Shown here piece after piece: positions 9,777 to 16,343 of a stretch of DNA of 33,940 nt. The position numbers were made by a program, and so were the translations under genes. Source of the stretch: a virus (Duplodnaviria > Caudoviricetes); IMG/VR virus record IMGVR_UViG_3300005764_000050, positions 1 to 33,940 of that record; one strand, given 5' to 3'. The notes beneath the pieces are model-generated. The model was not told the origin of the DNA. It ran no database searches and saw only the letters and a program-made list of their open reading frames with translations. The first letter of the stretch is position 1. Every line of letters begins with the position of its first letter.

Positions 9777-9868
9777 ATTGGAAAGCAGGGCGCAGTAGGA
9801 AGGCATCGAGCCGGGTTCCCCGGACACAGCCAATAACGCCAATTTATGGATGTAAGGAGAGGTGCGCA

Positions 9869-10201
9869 ATGAAGAAGAGGCCACCTGCAGCACAAGTGCG
9901 TAAAAAGCCGCCCGCCAAGGCGGTCGCGATCAAGGTGGAGCCCGCAGTACGGCGGCGCAAGCGGCGCGTGGCGGTGATGCCGCATGTGGAGGGAGTCGAA
10001 GATGGGCCGCCGATCCCGCTGTTGGTGCTGGCCCGGCACTATTCTTTGACGCGCGAGGCAATGCATCGGACTCTTCTGCATTTCGAGATCGAGATGATCG
10101 GGCGGCCACGCGGCATCGGCGGTCGCGGCGGCACGGATTGGTTCGTGTCTCAGTCTGGTTATCGCAAGCTGATGGCCTGCATGAAGGGGCAAGCATCATG
10201 A
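9869..10201 (+). CDS. Hypothetical basic protein, possible DNA-binding
   Basis: RBS AAGGAGAGG; Lys/Arg-rich N-terminus; HTH-like segment LLVLARHYSLTREAMHRTL. Confidence 0.6.
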   Translation: MKKRPPAAQVRKKPPAKAVAIKVEPAVRRRKRRVAVMPHVEGVEDGPPIPLLVLARHYSLTREAMHRTLLHFEIEMIGRPRGIGGRGGTDWFVSQSGYRKLMACMKGQAS

Positions 10202-10473
10202 CTATCCGGCACAGGTTTCTCCGCCGCTGCGTACATTGCGGCGTCGATCCGCAGCGAGTGCTGGATGCGTCGCGCATCCTGCGCAAGGCGGCCAGCTATT
10301 TGGAGCGGCCCGGGAGCAAGGTGATCGCACCCTCGGCGGAGTATGAGCGGGGCGCGCAGCACGCCCTGGATTGGGCCCTGGGACTGGCTCAGGATGACTT
10401 TTTCGAACGTCATCTGCGCGCCCTGGAGAAGATCGGCGACCGGCTCGCGGTGCCGACCGCACAGGGAGGTTGA
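10198..10473 (+). CDS. Hypothetical protein (91 aa)
   Basis: ATGA-coupled to the upstream gene; begins MTIRHRFLRRCVHCG. Confidence 0.55.
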   Translation: MTIRHRFLRRCVHCGVDPQRVLDASRILRKAASYLERPGSKVIAPSAEYERGAQHALDWALGLAQDDFFERHLRALEKIGDRLAVPTAQGG

Positions 10474-10474
10474 G

Positions 10475-10843
10475 GTGGAGGAATCCCCTAACCGCTTTTT
10501 CAACGAGGCCCGCTGCCCGGTATGCCACCGGTTGCTGGATCCGACGGTGCTGAAGGCGCAGTGTTCTCATTGCCTGAATGCCGTCTATGCCAAGCACCTG
10601 ATGAGTGGCGAAACCATGACCGGCGGCAGGCAGTTTGAGCTGGTGGCCGATTCGCGGCGGCGGAAGCACATCGTATTCCAGCTCGATTCCAACTGGGCTT
10701 ACTGCGGCGAACGCCGGTTGTCGCGTCTGCCGGGCAACCGGAAGAAGGTGTCTTTCGAGGATATTCCGCAAGGGATTTGCGCTGGCTGTTCTGCCGTCCT
10801 CAATCAATTGAGAGCGGACCATCCGGTCCACTCGGAAGGATAG
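10475..10843 (+). CDS. Putative zinc-binding protein
   Basis: GTG after RBS GGGAGG; contains CPVC, CSHC and H...CG...CAGC. Confidence 0.55.
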   Translation: MEESPNRFFNEARCPVCHRLLDPTVLKAQCSHCLNAVYAKHLMSGETMTGGRQFELVADSRRRKHIVFQLDSNWAYCGERRLSRLPGNRKKVSFEDIPQGICAGCSAVLNQLRADHPVHSEG

Positions 10844-10849
10844 GAACTC

Positions 10850-10987
10850 ATGATTGGCTTGCGATTGCTGTTGATGATTCTGGGACTGGTGTGCTTGCTG
10901 CTGGCCAGTTTCAATGTGGTTGCTCCGAGAGTCAGTTTGGGCTGGTTGGGTTTGGCGTTTTGGTTGGCGGCGGTAATCATCGCGTGA
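10850..10987 (+). CDS. 45-aa two-TM membrane protein (not in the ORF track)
   Basis: AGGA RBS. Translation is MIGLRLLLMILGLVCLLLASFNVVAPRVSLGWLGLAFWLAAVIIA*, with two hydrophobic segments. Confidence 0.65.
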   Translation: MIGLRLLLMILGLVCLLLASFNVVAPRVSLGWLGLAFWLAAVIIA

Positions 10988-10991
10988 GATG

Positions 10992-11360
10992 GGTTCGGTG
11001 AGGTTTGGCGTGGTCAGGTTAGGTGTGGTCAGGTGGGGGTCGGTGGGGTGCGGCACGGTTTGTTGTGGTCAGGTCAGGTGAGGTCAGGTGCGGAGCGGAG
11101 CGGAGCGGAGTTGGTGTGGCAAGGTCTGGTGGGGTTAGTTGTCGTCTGGCAAGGTTGAGTTGGGTGGGGCGCGGCAGGGTTTGTTGTTGTCAGGTCAGGT
11201 GAGGTCAGGTTTCGTGTGGCAAGGTCTGGCGTGATGTGGCGAGATTGCGGTCAGGTCGGGTTGGTTGATGTGGGGTTGGGTGGAGTATGGCATGGCAGGG
11301 TGTTGCGAGGTTAGGTTGGGTTCGGTTTGATCGGGTCCGGTCTCGGATTGGGTGCGGTAT
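10992..11360 (+). ncRNA. GGY-NN pentamer array 1 (about 73 units), putative guide-RNA region
   Basis: Parses as GGTTC GGTGA GGTTT GGCGT GGTCA GGTTA GGTGT ... GGTGC GGTAT. Strict 5-nt period with phase slips only at 11112, 11248 and 11344-45. Fills the gap between a stop (10987) and the RBS of the Cas7-like gene. The repeat is directly visible; the RNA role is inferred. Confidence 0.75.
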
Positions 11361-11398
11361 GGGAAGTATCGATCTGGTAAAGGTATGGAGAAGATTGA

Positions 11399-11986
11399 AT
11401 GATTTGCGAAGTAAAAGTGGCGATTCGCGGTAAGTCGCCGCTCATGATGAGCCGGTACATCGGCGAGCAGTTGCCGATGGTTAAACCAAAGAACAAAACG
11501 CAGGAATGGATTGAACAGACACACAAGAACGACTGGATGAACCGGGCGCATTTCGACCCGGAGCGCGGTTTCCACATTCCGCCGGAGATGATTGAAGGTA
11601 CGCTTTGCAACGGCGCGAAGAAGCAGCGCAACGGCACGCTGTTCAAAGAAGCCGTGGCGGTGGTGGAGGATTTCGTTTCCCTGATCGTCTACAGCTCGCC
11701 GACCGATACCAAGGGCAAAACTCTCAAAGGCAAACTGGAGGATTACTACCGGCCTGAGTACATCGATCTGCGCGGCGTGGTGATCGAGCGCAAGCGGATC
11801 GACCGCTGCCGTCCGATCTTCCGCTACTGGGGCCTGGAGTTCACGGTTCGCTACGACAACGAGCTGGTGGAAGCGTCCGACATCGAGGCGGCGCTGAGCC
11901 GCGCGTGCCTGGGCGACTTTCGTCCGCGCTTTGGCCGGTTTGAAGTCACTCGCTTTGAGCCGCTGAAGGCAGCGGCTGCTGCTTGA
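11399..11986 (+). CDS. Stand-alone Cas7/RAMP-like protein (Vipr-like)
   Basis: 195 aa, RBS GGAG. N-terminal strand VKVAIRGKSPLMM; FHIPPEMIEGTL (compare RAMP IP.ss.KG.l); R.RPIF..W.LEF.V.YD; C-terminal Gly-loop CLGDFRPRFGRFEV. No other cas genes in the window. Confidence 0.7.
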   Translation: MICEVKVAIRGKSPLMMSRYIGEQLPMVKPKNKTQEWIEQTHKNDWMNRAHFDPERGFHIPPEMIEGTLCNGAKKQRNGTLFKEAVAVVEDFVSLIVYSSPTDTKGKTLKGKLEDYYRPEYIDLRGVVIERKRIDRCRPIFRYWGLEFTVRYDNELVEASDIEAALSRACLGDFRPRFGRFEVTRFEPLKAAAAA

Positions 11987-12444
11987 CGCCGGGCAGGGTC
12001 TATCGTCACCCGGAATGGAAGCGGCTCTACGATTTCCTGGAGCCGCTTCTGGCCGAGGGGATGATGTTGACCTACGACAGCATTGCGGAGTGGATGGGCC
12101 TCGATCCGCGCACGGCGCGCGGGCGCACACAGTTTCTGCGCTGCAAGAAGGAGATCCTGGTGCGCCTGGATCTGCTCTGCCAGAACATCCGCAAGGAAGG
12201 TTACCGCGTGATTCAACCCAACGAACATGTCACTGCGTCGCGCGGGCAGTTAGATCGCGGCAGGCGGCGCATCCAGGAGGGAGTCCGCATCCTGGCGCAT
12301 ACCCGCCTGGGCGGCCTGACGGCGCAGCAGGCGCGGATCCATGCCGATGCCCTGGTGCGCACCTCGCGCATTCTGAACTACGTCACCGTGGAACGGCGGC
12401 CCATCCGCAAGCTGGAGCAAGGACGGCTGCCATCGCCCATTTGA
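11983..12444 (+). CDS. Winged-helix-like accessory protein coupled to the Cas7-like gene
   Basis: TTGA overlap. G..LTYDSIAEWMG...RG...F..CKKEIL...NIRKEGYRVI fits a wHTH with a GY wing, followed by a basic helical C-terminus. Confidence 0.65.
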   Translation: MTPGRVYRHPEWKRLYDFLEPLLAEGMMLTYDSIAEWMGLDPRTARGRTQFLRCKKEILVRLDLLCQNIRKEGYRVIQPNEHVTASRGQLDRGRRRIQEGVRILAHTRLGGLTAQQARIHADALVRTSRILNYVTVERRPIRKLEQGRLPSPI

Positions 12445-12452
12445 GGGCCCCC

Positions 12453-12467
12453 TGTTAGACTCTAACA
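12453..12467. promoter_or_regulatory. Palindrome TGTTAG-ACT-CTAACA (operator-like, copy 1)
   Basis: Perfect 6-bp inverted repeat immediately before array 2a. The core TAGACTCTA recurs at 13758-13770 and 13803-13817. Confidence 0.5.
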
Positions 12468-12470
12468 CCC

Positions 12471-12684
12471 CGTCTGGTCAGGTACGGTCGGATACGGTCG
12501 GGTTGGGTTAAGTTCGATGGGGCACGGTCGGGTCCGGTGGGTTCTGGTGTGGTTCTGGTAAGGCGAGGTGGGGTCGGATGTGGTGGGGTGGGGCCGGGTC
12601 CGGTCGCGTACTGGTGTGGTCTGGCAAGGTTGGTTGAGGTCGTGTCTTGGTGTGGTCTGGCGAGGTCGGATTGTGGTGCGGTTT
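12471..12684 (+). ncRNA. GGY-NN pentamer array 2a (about 42 units)
   Basis: CGTCT GGTCA GGTAC GGTCG GATAC GGTCG GGTTG GGTTA ... GGTGC GGTTT, with single-T phase slips at 12556, 12612, 12648 and 12674. Confidence 0.75.
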
Positions 12685-12694
12685 TCGCAGTATC

Positions 12695-12768
12695 GGCGCA
12701 CGGGTTTCCTGTTTTTCCTGGTGCGCCCCGGCCAGCGGGGATTCGCGGCACGGCGAATTCCGCTGGCC
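12695..12768 (+). other. Two hairpins separating arrays 2a and 2b (terminator or processing element)
   Basis: GGCGCAC..GTGCGCC (12695-12727) and GGCCAGCGGGGATTCGC-GGCACG-GCGAATTCCGCTGGCC (12730-12768), followed by TTTTATTTT. Confidence 0.6.
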
Positions 12769-12788
12769 CTCCTTCGCAATTTTATTTT

Positions 12789-13040
12789 CGTGTGGTCCGG
12801 TGGGGCGAGGTCCGGTCTGGTCCGGTCTGGTGAGTATATGGTCTGGTCAGTTGCGGTATGGCGAGGTGGGCTGTGGTGAGGCAGGGTGAGTTCGGCTGTG
12901 GCCGGGTCTGATGCGCTGCGGTGCGTTGAGGGTTGGGTCTGGTTGGGTCAGATGAGGTGCGGTTAGGTCTGGTCAGGTACGCCATGTTTTGGTGGGATCT
13001 GGTTGGGTTTGGCACGGTATGGTCAGCACGGGTGTGGTGA
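12789..13040 (+). ncRNA. GGY-NN pentamer array 2b (about 49 units)
   Basis: CGTGT GGTCC GGTGG GGCGA GGTCC GGTCT ... GGTGT GGTGA, ending just before the RBS AAAGGAG of the 13060 gene. Confidence 0.75.
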
Positions 13041-13059
13041 GGAAACCAAAGGAGCAGGC

Positions 13060-13323
13060 ATGGTGGGGGCAAAGCAACAGGTGGCCCTGGACGAACTGCT
13101 GGGCCGGTCTCCCCGGGTGAAGTGGATGCAGGCCGAATCGGCCTTTCAGCATCATGTGCTGGATCGGGCCGTGCGTTGCCAGATACAGATGACCCGTGCG
13201 TTGAGCAAGCTGACGCCGTTCTCGGAATTGCGTTTGTATCCATCCAAGACGGGGTGCTGGTTTTTCTCCCTGGGGGAGGCTTCACGTACCCGGGACGAAA
13301 GGGGAAAGTATGGGACCGAGTGA
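13060..13323 (+). CDS. Hypothetical protein (87 aa)
   Basis: RBS AAAGGAG then ATG 13060 (MVGAKQQVALDELL...). The track start at 13003 lies inside the repeat array. Confidence 0.55.
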   Translation: MVGAKQQVALDELLGRSPRVKWMQAESAFQHHVLDRAVRCQIQMTRALSKLTPFSELRLYPSKTGCWFFSLGEASRTRDERGKYGTE

Positions 13324-13654
13324 GGAGCACGGTGCGGCTCGCCGGAATGATCCTGAAACCTCGCATGAGGCGGCGGAATCGCTCGATACTACACGTCTGC
13401 AGGGCATTGTTCTGGACGCCCTCAGAGAAGCCCGCCATGGCTTGATCACGCATGAGATCGCTCACCGGACGGGCATCTCCTGGGGCACTATCACGCCGCG
13501 CATGAAGCCCCTGGTGAAAAAGAAGCTGGTCTATGACACAGGCCGGAGACGCAGTTGGTATGGCTCACCCGGGAACCCAGCCAGCACGCGCATGTCGATT
13601 GTGTGGCAGTTGACTGCACTGCGGGTGGCTGAGGAACCGAAGGAAGAGCAATAG
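13310..13654 (+). CDS. Phage winged-helix DNA-binding protein
   Basis: ARRNDPETSHEAA motif followed by GLITHEIAHRTGISWGTITPRMKPLVKKKLVYDTG.RR, a common phage wHTH family. Confidence 0.7.
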   Translation: MGPSEEHGAARRNDPETSHEAAESLDTTRLQGIVLDALREARHGLITHEIAHRTGISWGTITPRMKPLVKKKLVYDTGRRRSWYGSPGNPASTRMSIVWQLTALRVAEEPKEEQ

Positions 13655-13757
13655 AGTATTTCAGCTCGGAGGGTGGGGCGCTTGCGCCTGGGGAGGCGCG
13701 GTTCCGCCCAGAGGGGCGCGGGGGTTGCCGGGAGCGTTCCGGCAGCGCCCGCGCGTA

Positions 13758-13817
13758 GTTAGACTCTAACCGCGATCCGGCAGCCGCTGGTGTTCGGCGA
13801 GCAAGTAGACTCTACTT
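13758..13817. promoter_or_regulatory. Two further palindromes, GTTAG-ACT-CTAAC and AAGTAG-ACT-CTACTT
   Basis: At 13758-13770 and 13803-13817, intergenic and upstream of the HNH gene. Same TAGACTCTA core as 12453. Confidence 0.5.
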
Positions 13818-13839
13818 CGGTCGGCAGTACTAATACTAA

Positions 13840-14355
13840 ATGGGCCTGAAAATAATGGAAAGGCAATACTGGAAAGCCAATCGGCACCAGTGGGGGCCGG
13901 GCAAGACTCACGTCATTCATGAAGACGGGACGAAAACAGTTTGCGGACATCTGTTGTCCGACTGCCCCGGACGGCAGATTCCGGCCAGGGAGCATGACTG
14001 CCGCGCTTGCAGCGTCGTGCTGGAGGCCCAGGAGAAACGCCGGAAGAACCAGGAGATCTGGGAGCAGCGCCAGCGTGAATATGAGGCGGAGCGGGCGGCG
14101 CGGCAACGCGAGTGGTGGGATTGGTATAACGCCTACCTCTTATCGCCGGAGTGGGCGCGGCGGCGCATTGCGGTTCTCCGGCGGGCATTGTACTGGTGCG
14201 AGGCCTGCGGGCTGCGCCGGGCGACCCAGGCCCACCACACCAGCTATAAGCACGTGGGCAACGAGCCGCTTTGGGAGCTGCGCGCCGTCTGCGACGAGTG
14301 CCACGACATGTTGACCGAGGAGGACCGAGAGCGCCGGGCAGCGCTTCACCCATAA
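13840..14355 (+). CDS. HNH-family endonuclease-like protein
   Basis: YNAYLLSPEW..RR..VLRRA.YWCEACG...ATQAHH.SY..VG.E...EL.AVCDECH (CxxC..HH..CxxCH), plus an N-terminal H..CG..CxxC element. The start may be 13855. Confidence 0.75.
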   Translation: MGLKIMERQYWKANRHQWGPGKTHVIHEDGTKTVCGHLLSDCPGRQIPAREHDCRACSVVLEAQEKRRKNQEIWEQRQREYEAERAARQREWWDWYNAYLLSPEWARRRIAVLRRALYWCEACGLRRATQAHHTSYKHVGNEPLWELRAVCDECHDMLTEEDRERRAALHP

Positions 14356-14375
14356 TTGCGGGAGACGAATGAACA

Positions 14376-14630
14376 ATGACGATGACAATGGCAGAGCAAT
14401 CCAACCGGCCTGACTTCATGGAGCGGCACTACACCGCAGTCGAGCTGGCCAAGGCGTGGCATATGAGCGAGCGGCTGGTACGCGAGTGGTTCATCAACGA
14501 GCCCGGCGTCATCAAATTCGGAGTCGGCAAGCTGACCAAGAATCGTAAGCGCACTTACGTCAGCTTGCGCATTCCTGAGAGCGTGGCGCGGCGCGTCTAC
14601 CGGCAACGCACGGGCAAAGACATGAAGTGA
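14376..14630 (+). CDS. Excisionase-like HTH protein
   Basis: ERHYTAVELAKAWHMSERLVREWF..EPGV...YVSLRIPESVARRV is a MerR/Xis-like HTH, convergent with the integrase. The start may be 14388. Confidence 0.7.
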   Translation: MTMTMAEQSNRPDFMERHYTAVELAKAWHMSERLVREWFINEPGVIKFGVGKLTKNRKRTYVSLRIPESVARRVYRQRTGKDMK

Positions 14631-14683
14631 TGGGAAAAAGAAAAAGGGCCGCCAGGACGGCGGCCCCGGGAAGAGGGATGGGA

Positions 14684-15898
14684 TTAGGCGGCGGGCACTT
14701 CGTAGTCGAGTTTACGGGTCGTGATGGCCATGCGCTCCACGTAGCCCTCCACCAGTTTCAGATAATGTTTTTGTGTGATCTTCACGTCGCTGTGGCCCAG
14801 CATCTGGGAAACGTTGAAGATCTCGCCGCCGTTGGACAACAGGTTGACCGCGAAGGTGTCGCGGAAGTGATGCGGGCCGCCGATCAGACCGGCGAGGTCG
14901 AGGATTTTGTGCACCAGGAAAGTAGTCTTGCGCACGGCGGCATCGTACAGGCCGGTGGGCAGCGCCTTCTCAAAGTGCTCGCCGGAATGCAGCGCGGTCA
15001 GAGCCTCGCGGTAGTTGTCGTCGCGATCCGGCTGAAAGAAGAACACGCGCGAGGCAGGCAATGCGTTGAGGGCATCGACTGCTTTCTGGTGCAGCTCCGG
15101 CGCGAGTGCGATGCGCTTGCGGGTTTTGATCACCCAGTAGTCGAGGCAGCGGGTCTTGGTGATCGAGGCGCGCTGAACGAAGGTGGCATCGCTGATGCGC
15201 ATGCCGCTGTAGAGCAGGAGCAGAATCAGGGCCCGGCCCTGCTCGCGCTGGTCGGCGGGCAGCAGCTCGATGGCGGCCAGGATGATCTGCACTTGCTGCG
15301 GCGTAAACGGCTTGCGCTTGGTCGAAGCCGTCTTCTCGTAGCTCAGAGCTTTTTTGGCGGCGGGCGATTTGACCAGCCAGTCCATCTCCACGGCATAGTT
15401 GAAAAACACGCGCAGGTGAGTCAGGCGGCTGTTCTTGGTGCGCACGCTGGGCCACTGATGGCCGTACTCCTGGAAGTAGGCTTGGATCAGATCCGGCGTG
15501 ACGTGGCGCAGCTCGCTCACGCTCTGCGCCTCGGCGTATTGCCGGAAGTGGTTCACCGCCGTCGAGTACATGTTGTAGGTGTTGGTGCTTTTGGATTTCT
15601 TGGCGGCCAGAAATTTGGTCTCGGCATCCTGCAGCGAGAGCGTTGCGCCGCCGCTGATGATTTGCAGGCCGCCTTTGGGGCCGTCCGGCTCCGGCGGGTT
15701 CAGCCGCTCTTTGATCTTCATCTCGGCCACGCCCATGCTGCGCGTGTTCAGCGACTCGCGCACGTATTTGCCAGCGATCTTGCCCTGGCACCAGATCGGG
15801 CAGTCACAACGGACGTCGCTCTCTTTTTCGGTGCAGTTGTCGGCGTGGCGGCGATAGGGGGTCAGGTAATCGGCGCGCTTCTTGCGTGGAAGGGTCAT
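14684..15898 (-). CDS. int: Tyrosine integrase
   Basis: Catalytic set: SGMRISD (R), IKT (K), HHFRDTFA (HxxR), LGH, KHY (Y). SAM-like core-binding domain and an N-terminal H/C-rich arm domain. Confidence 0.93.
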   Translation of the reverse strand: MTLPRKKRADYLTPYRRHADNCTEKESDVRCDCPIWCQGKIAGKYVRESLNTRSMGVAEMKIKERLNPPEPDGPKGGLQIISGGATLSLQDAETKFLAAKKSKSTNTYNMYSTAVNHFRQYAEAQSVSELRHVTPDLIQAYFQEYGHQWPSVRTKNSRLTHLRVFFNYAVEMDWLVKSPAAKKALSYEKTASTKRKPFTPQQVQIILAAIELLPADQREQGRALILLLLYSGMRISDATFVQRASITKTRCLDYWVIKTRKRIALAPELHQKAVDALNALPASRVFFFQPDRDDNYREALTALHSGEHFEKALPTGLYDAAVRKTTFLVHKILDLAGLIGGPHHFRDTFAVNLLSNGGEIFNVSQMLGHSDVKITQKHYLKLVEGYVERMAITTRKLDYEVPAA

Positions 15899-15904
15899 GT
15901 ACGG

Positions 15905-15913
15905 AGTATAGCA
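15905..15913 (-). promoter_or_regulatory. Extended -10 promoter, probably leaderless int transcript
   Basis: Minus strand reads TGC-TATACT-CCGTAC-ATG, with no RBS. Confidence 0.5.
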
Positions 15914-15914
15914 G

Positions 15915-16098
15915 ACCTTCGTACACGTTTTTTGTACGGTATTTTTTATCTAGCTGAAAACAAGAAAGTTAATTGGCTAAAAAAAACTAGAACGTCTTTT
16001 AGTTCGTCAACCGTGTATCTACAGAATACATTTTGTATCAATCAGATATACAGTATAAAACTTATAAAAAGGACGAACCTTCGTACAAGTTTGTACGG
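15915..16098. other. Candidate attP site
   Basis: AT-rich region next to int, bounded by near-identical ACCTTCGTACACGTTTTTTGTACGG (15915-15939) and ACCTTCGTACAAGTTTGTACGG (16077-16098). IHF-like TATCAATCAGATA at 16036-16048. Confidence 0.6.
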
Positions 16099-16116
16099 GC
16101 TCCGGGGACCTCGATT

Positions 16117-16332
16117 ATGATCGCCCGCTATTTTTACGACGGTGCCGTCCACAGCTTCATCGCTGGACTGACGATGCGGCCCGACGGCACCACCGGGCCC
16201 CCGCAGCAGATGGCAATCCGGCTGAATGGGAATCTGTTCAGCCGGTCCAGGACCCTGCTGCTCGAATACGACCATGTAGACCCGGAGCGGGACGTGCTTA
16301 TGTATCGTGTGGTTGGCCTGGAGGAGGAGTGA
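16117..16332 (+). CDS. Hypothetical protein (71 aa)
   Basis: ATG 16117 after GGGGA; MIARYFYDG...YRVVGLEEE. Confidence 0.45.
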   Translation: MIARYFYDGAVHSFIAGLTMRPDGTTGPPQQMAIRLNGNLFSRSRTLLLEYDHVDPERDVLMYRVVGLEEE

Positions 16333-16343
16333 TCAGCTCATCC

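Noticed and set aside
10992-11360. G-quadruplex as the sole explanation of the GG-rich arrays
   Set aside because: Two-tier G4s are possible but would not require a pyrimidine at position 3, a strict 5-nt phase or linkage to a RAMP-like gene. Kept only as a secondary possibility.
12455-12889. ORFs spanning the arrays (12455-12751, 12462-12779, 12537-12833, 12568-12879, 12647-12889; also 11195-12130 and 10202-11056)
   Set aside because: Low-complexity translations of the 5-nt repeat that are open in several frames, lack an RBS, and in some cases are antisense to better-supported genes.
10992-13040. Calling the pentamer arrays a CRISPR array or a simple microsatellite
   Set aside because: There are no 25-45 bp repeats with unique spacers. 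Units are not identical copies: positions 4-5 are hypervariable while phase and GGY are kept.
15985-16030. tRNA fragment as att core (TTCGTCAACCG)
   Set aside because: Too short, with no T-arm GGTTCGA motif or cloverleaf; the attB target cannot be inferred.
14627-16120. 497-aa plus-strand ORF
   Set aside because: Antisense shadow of the integrase running into the attP region; no recognisable motifs.
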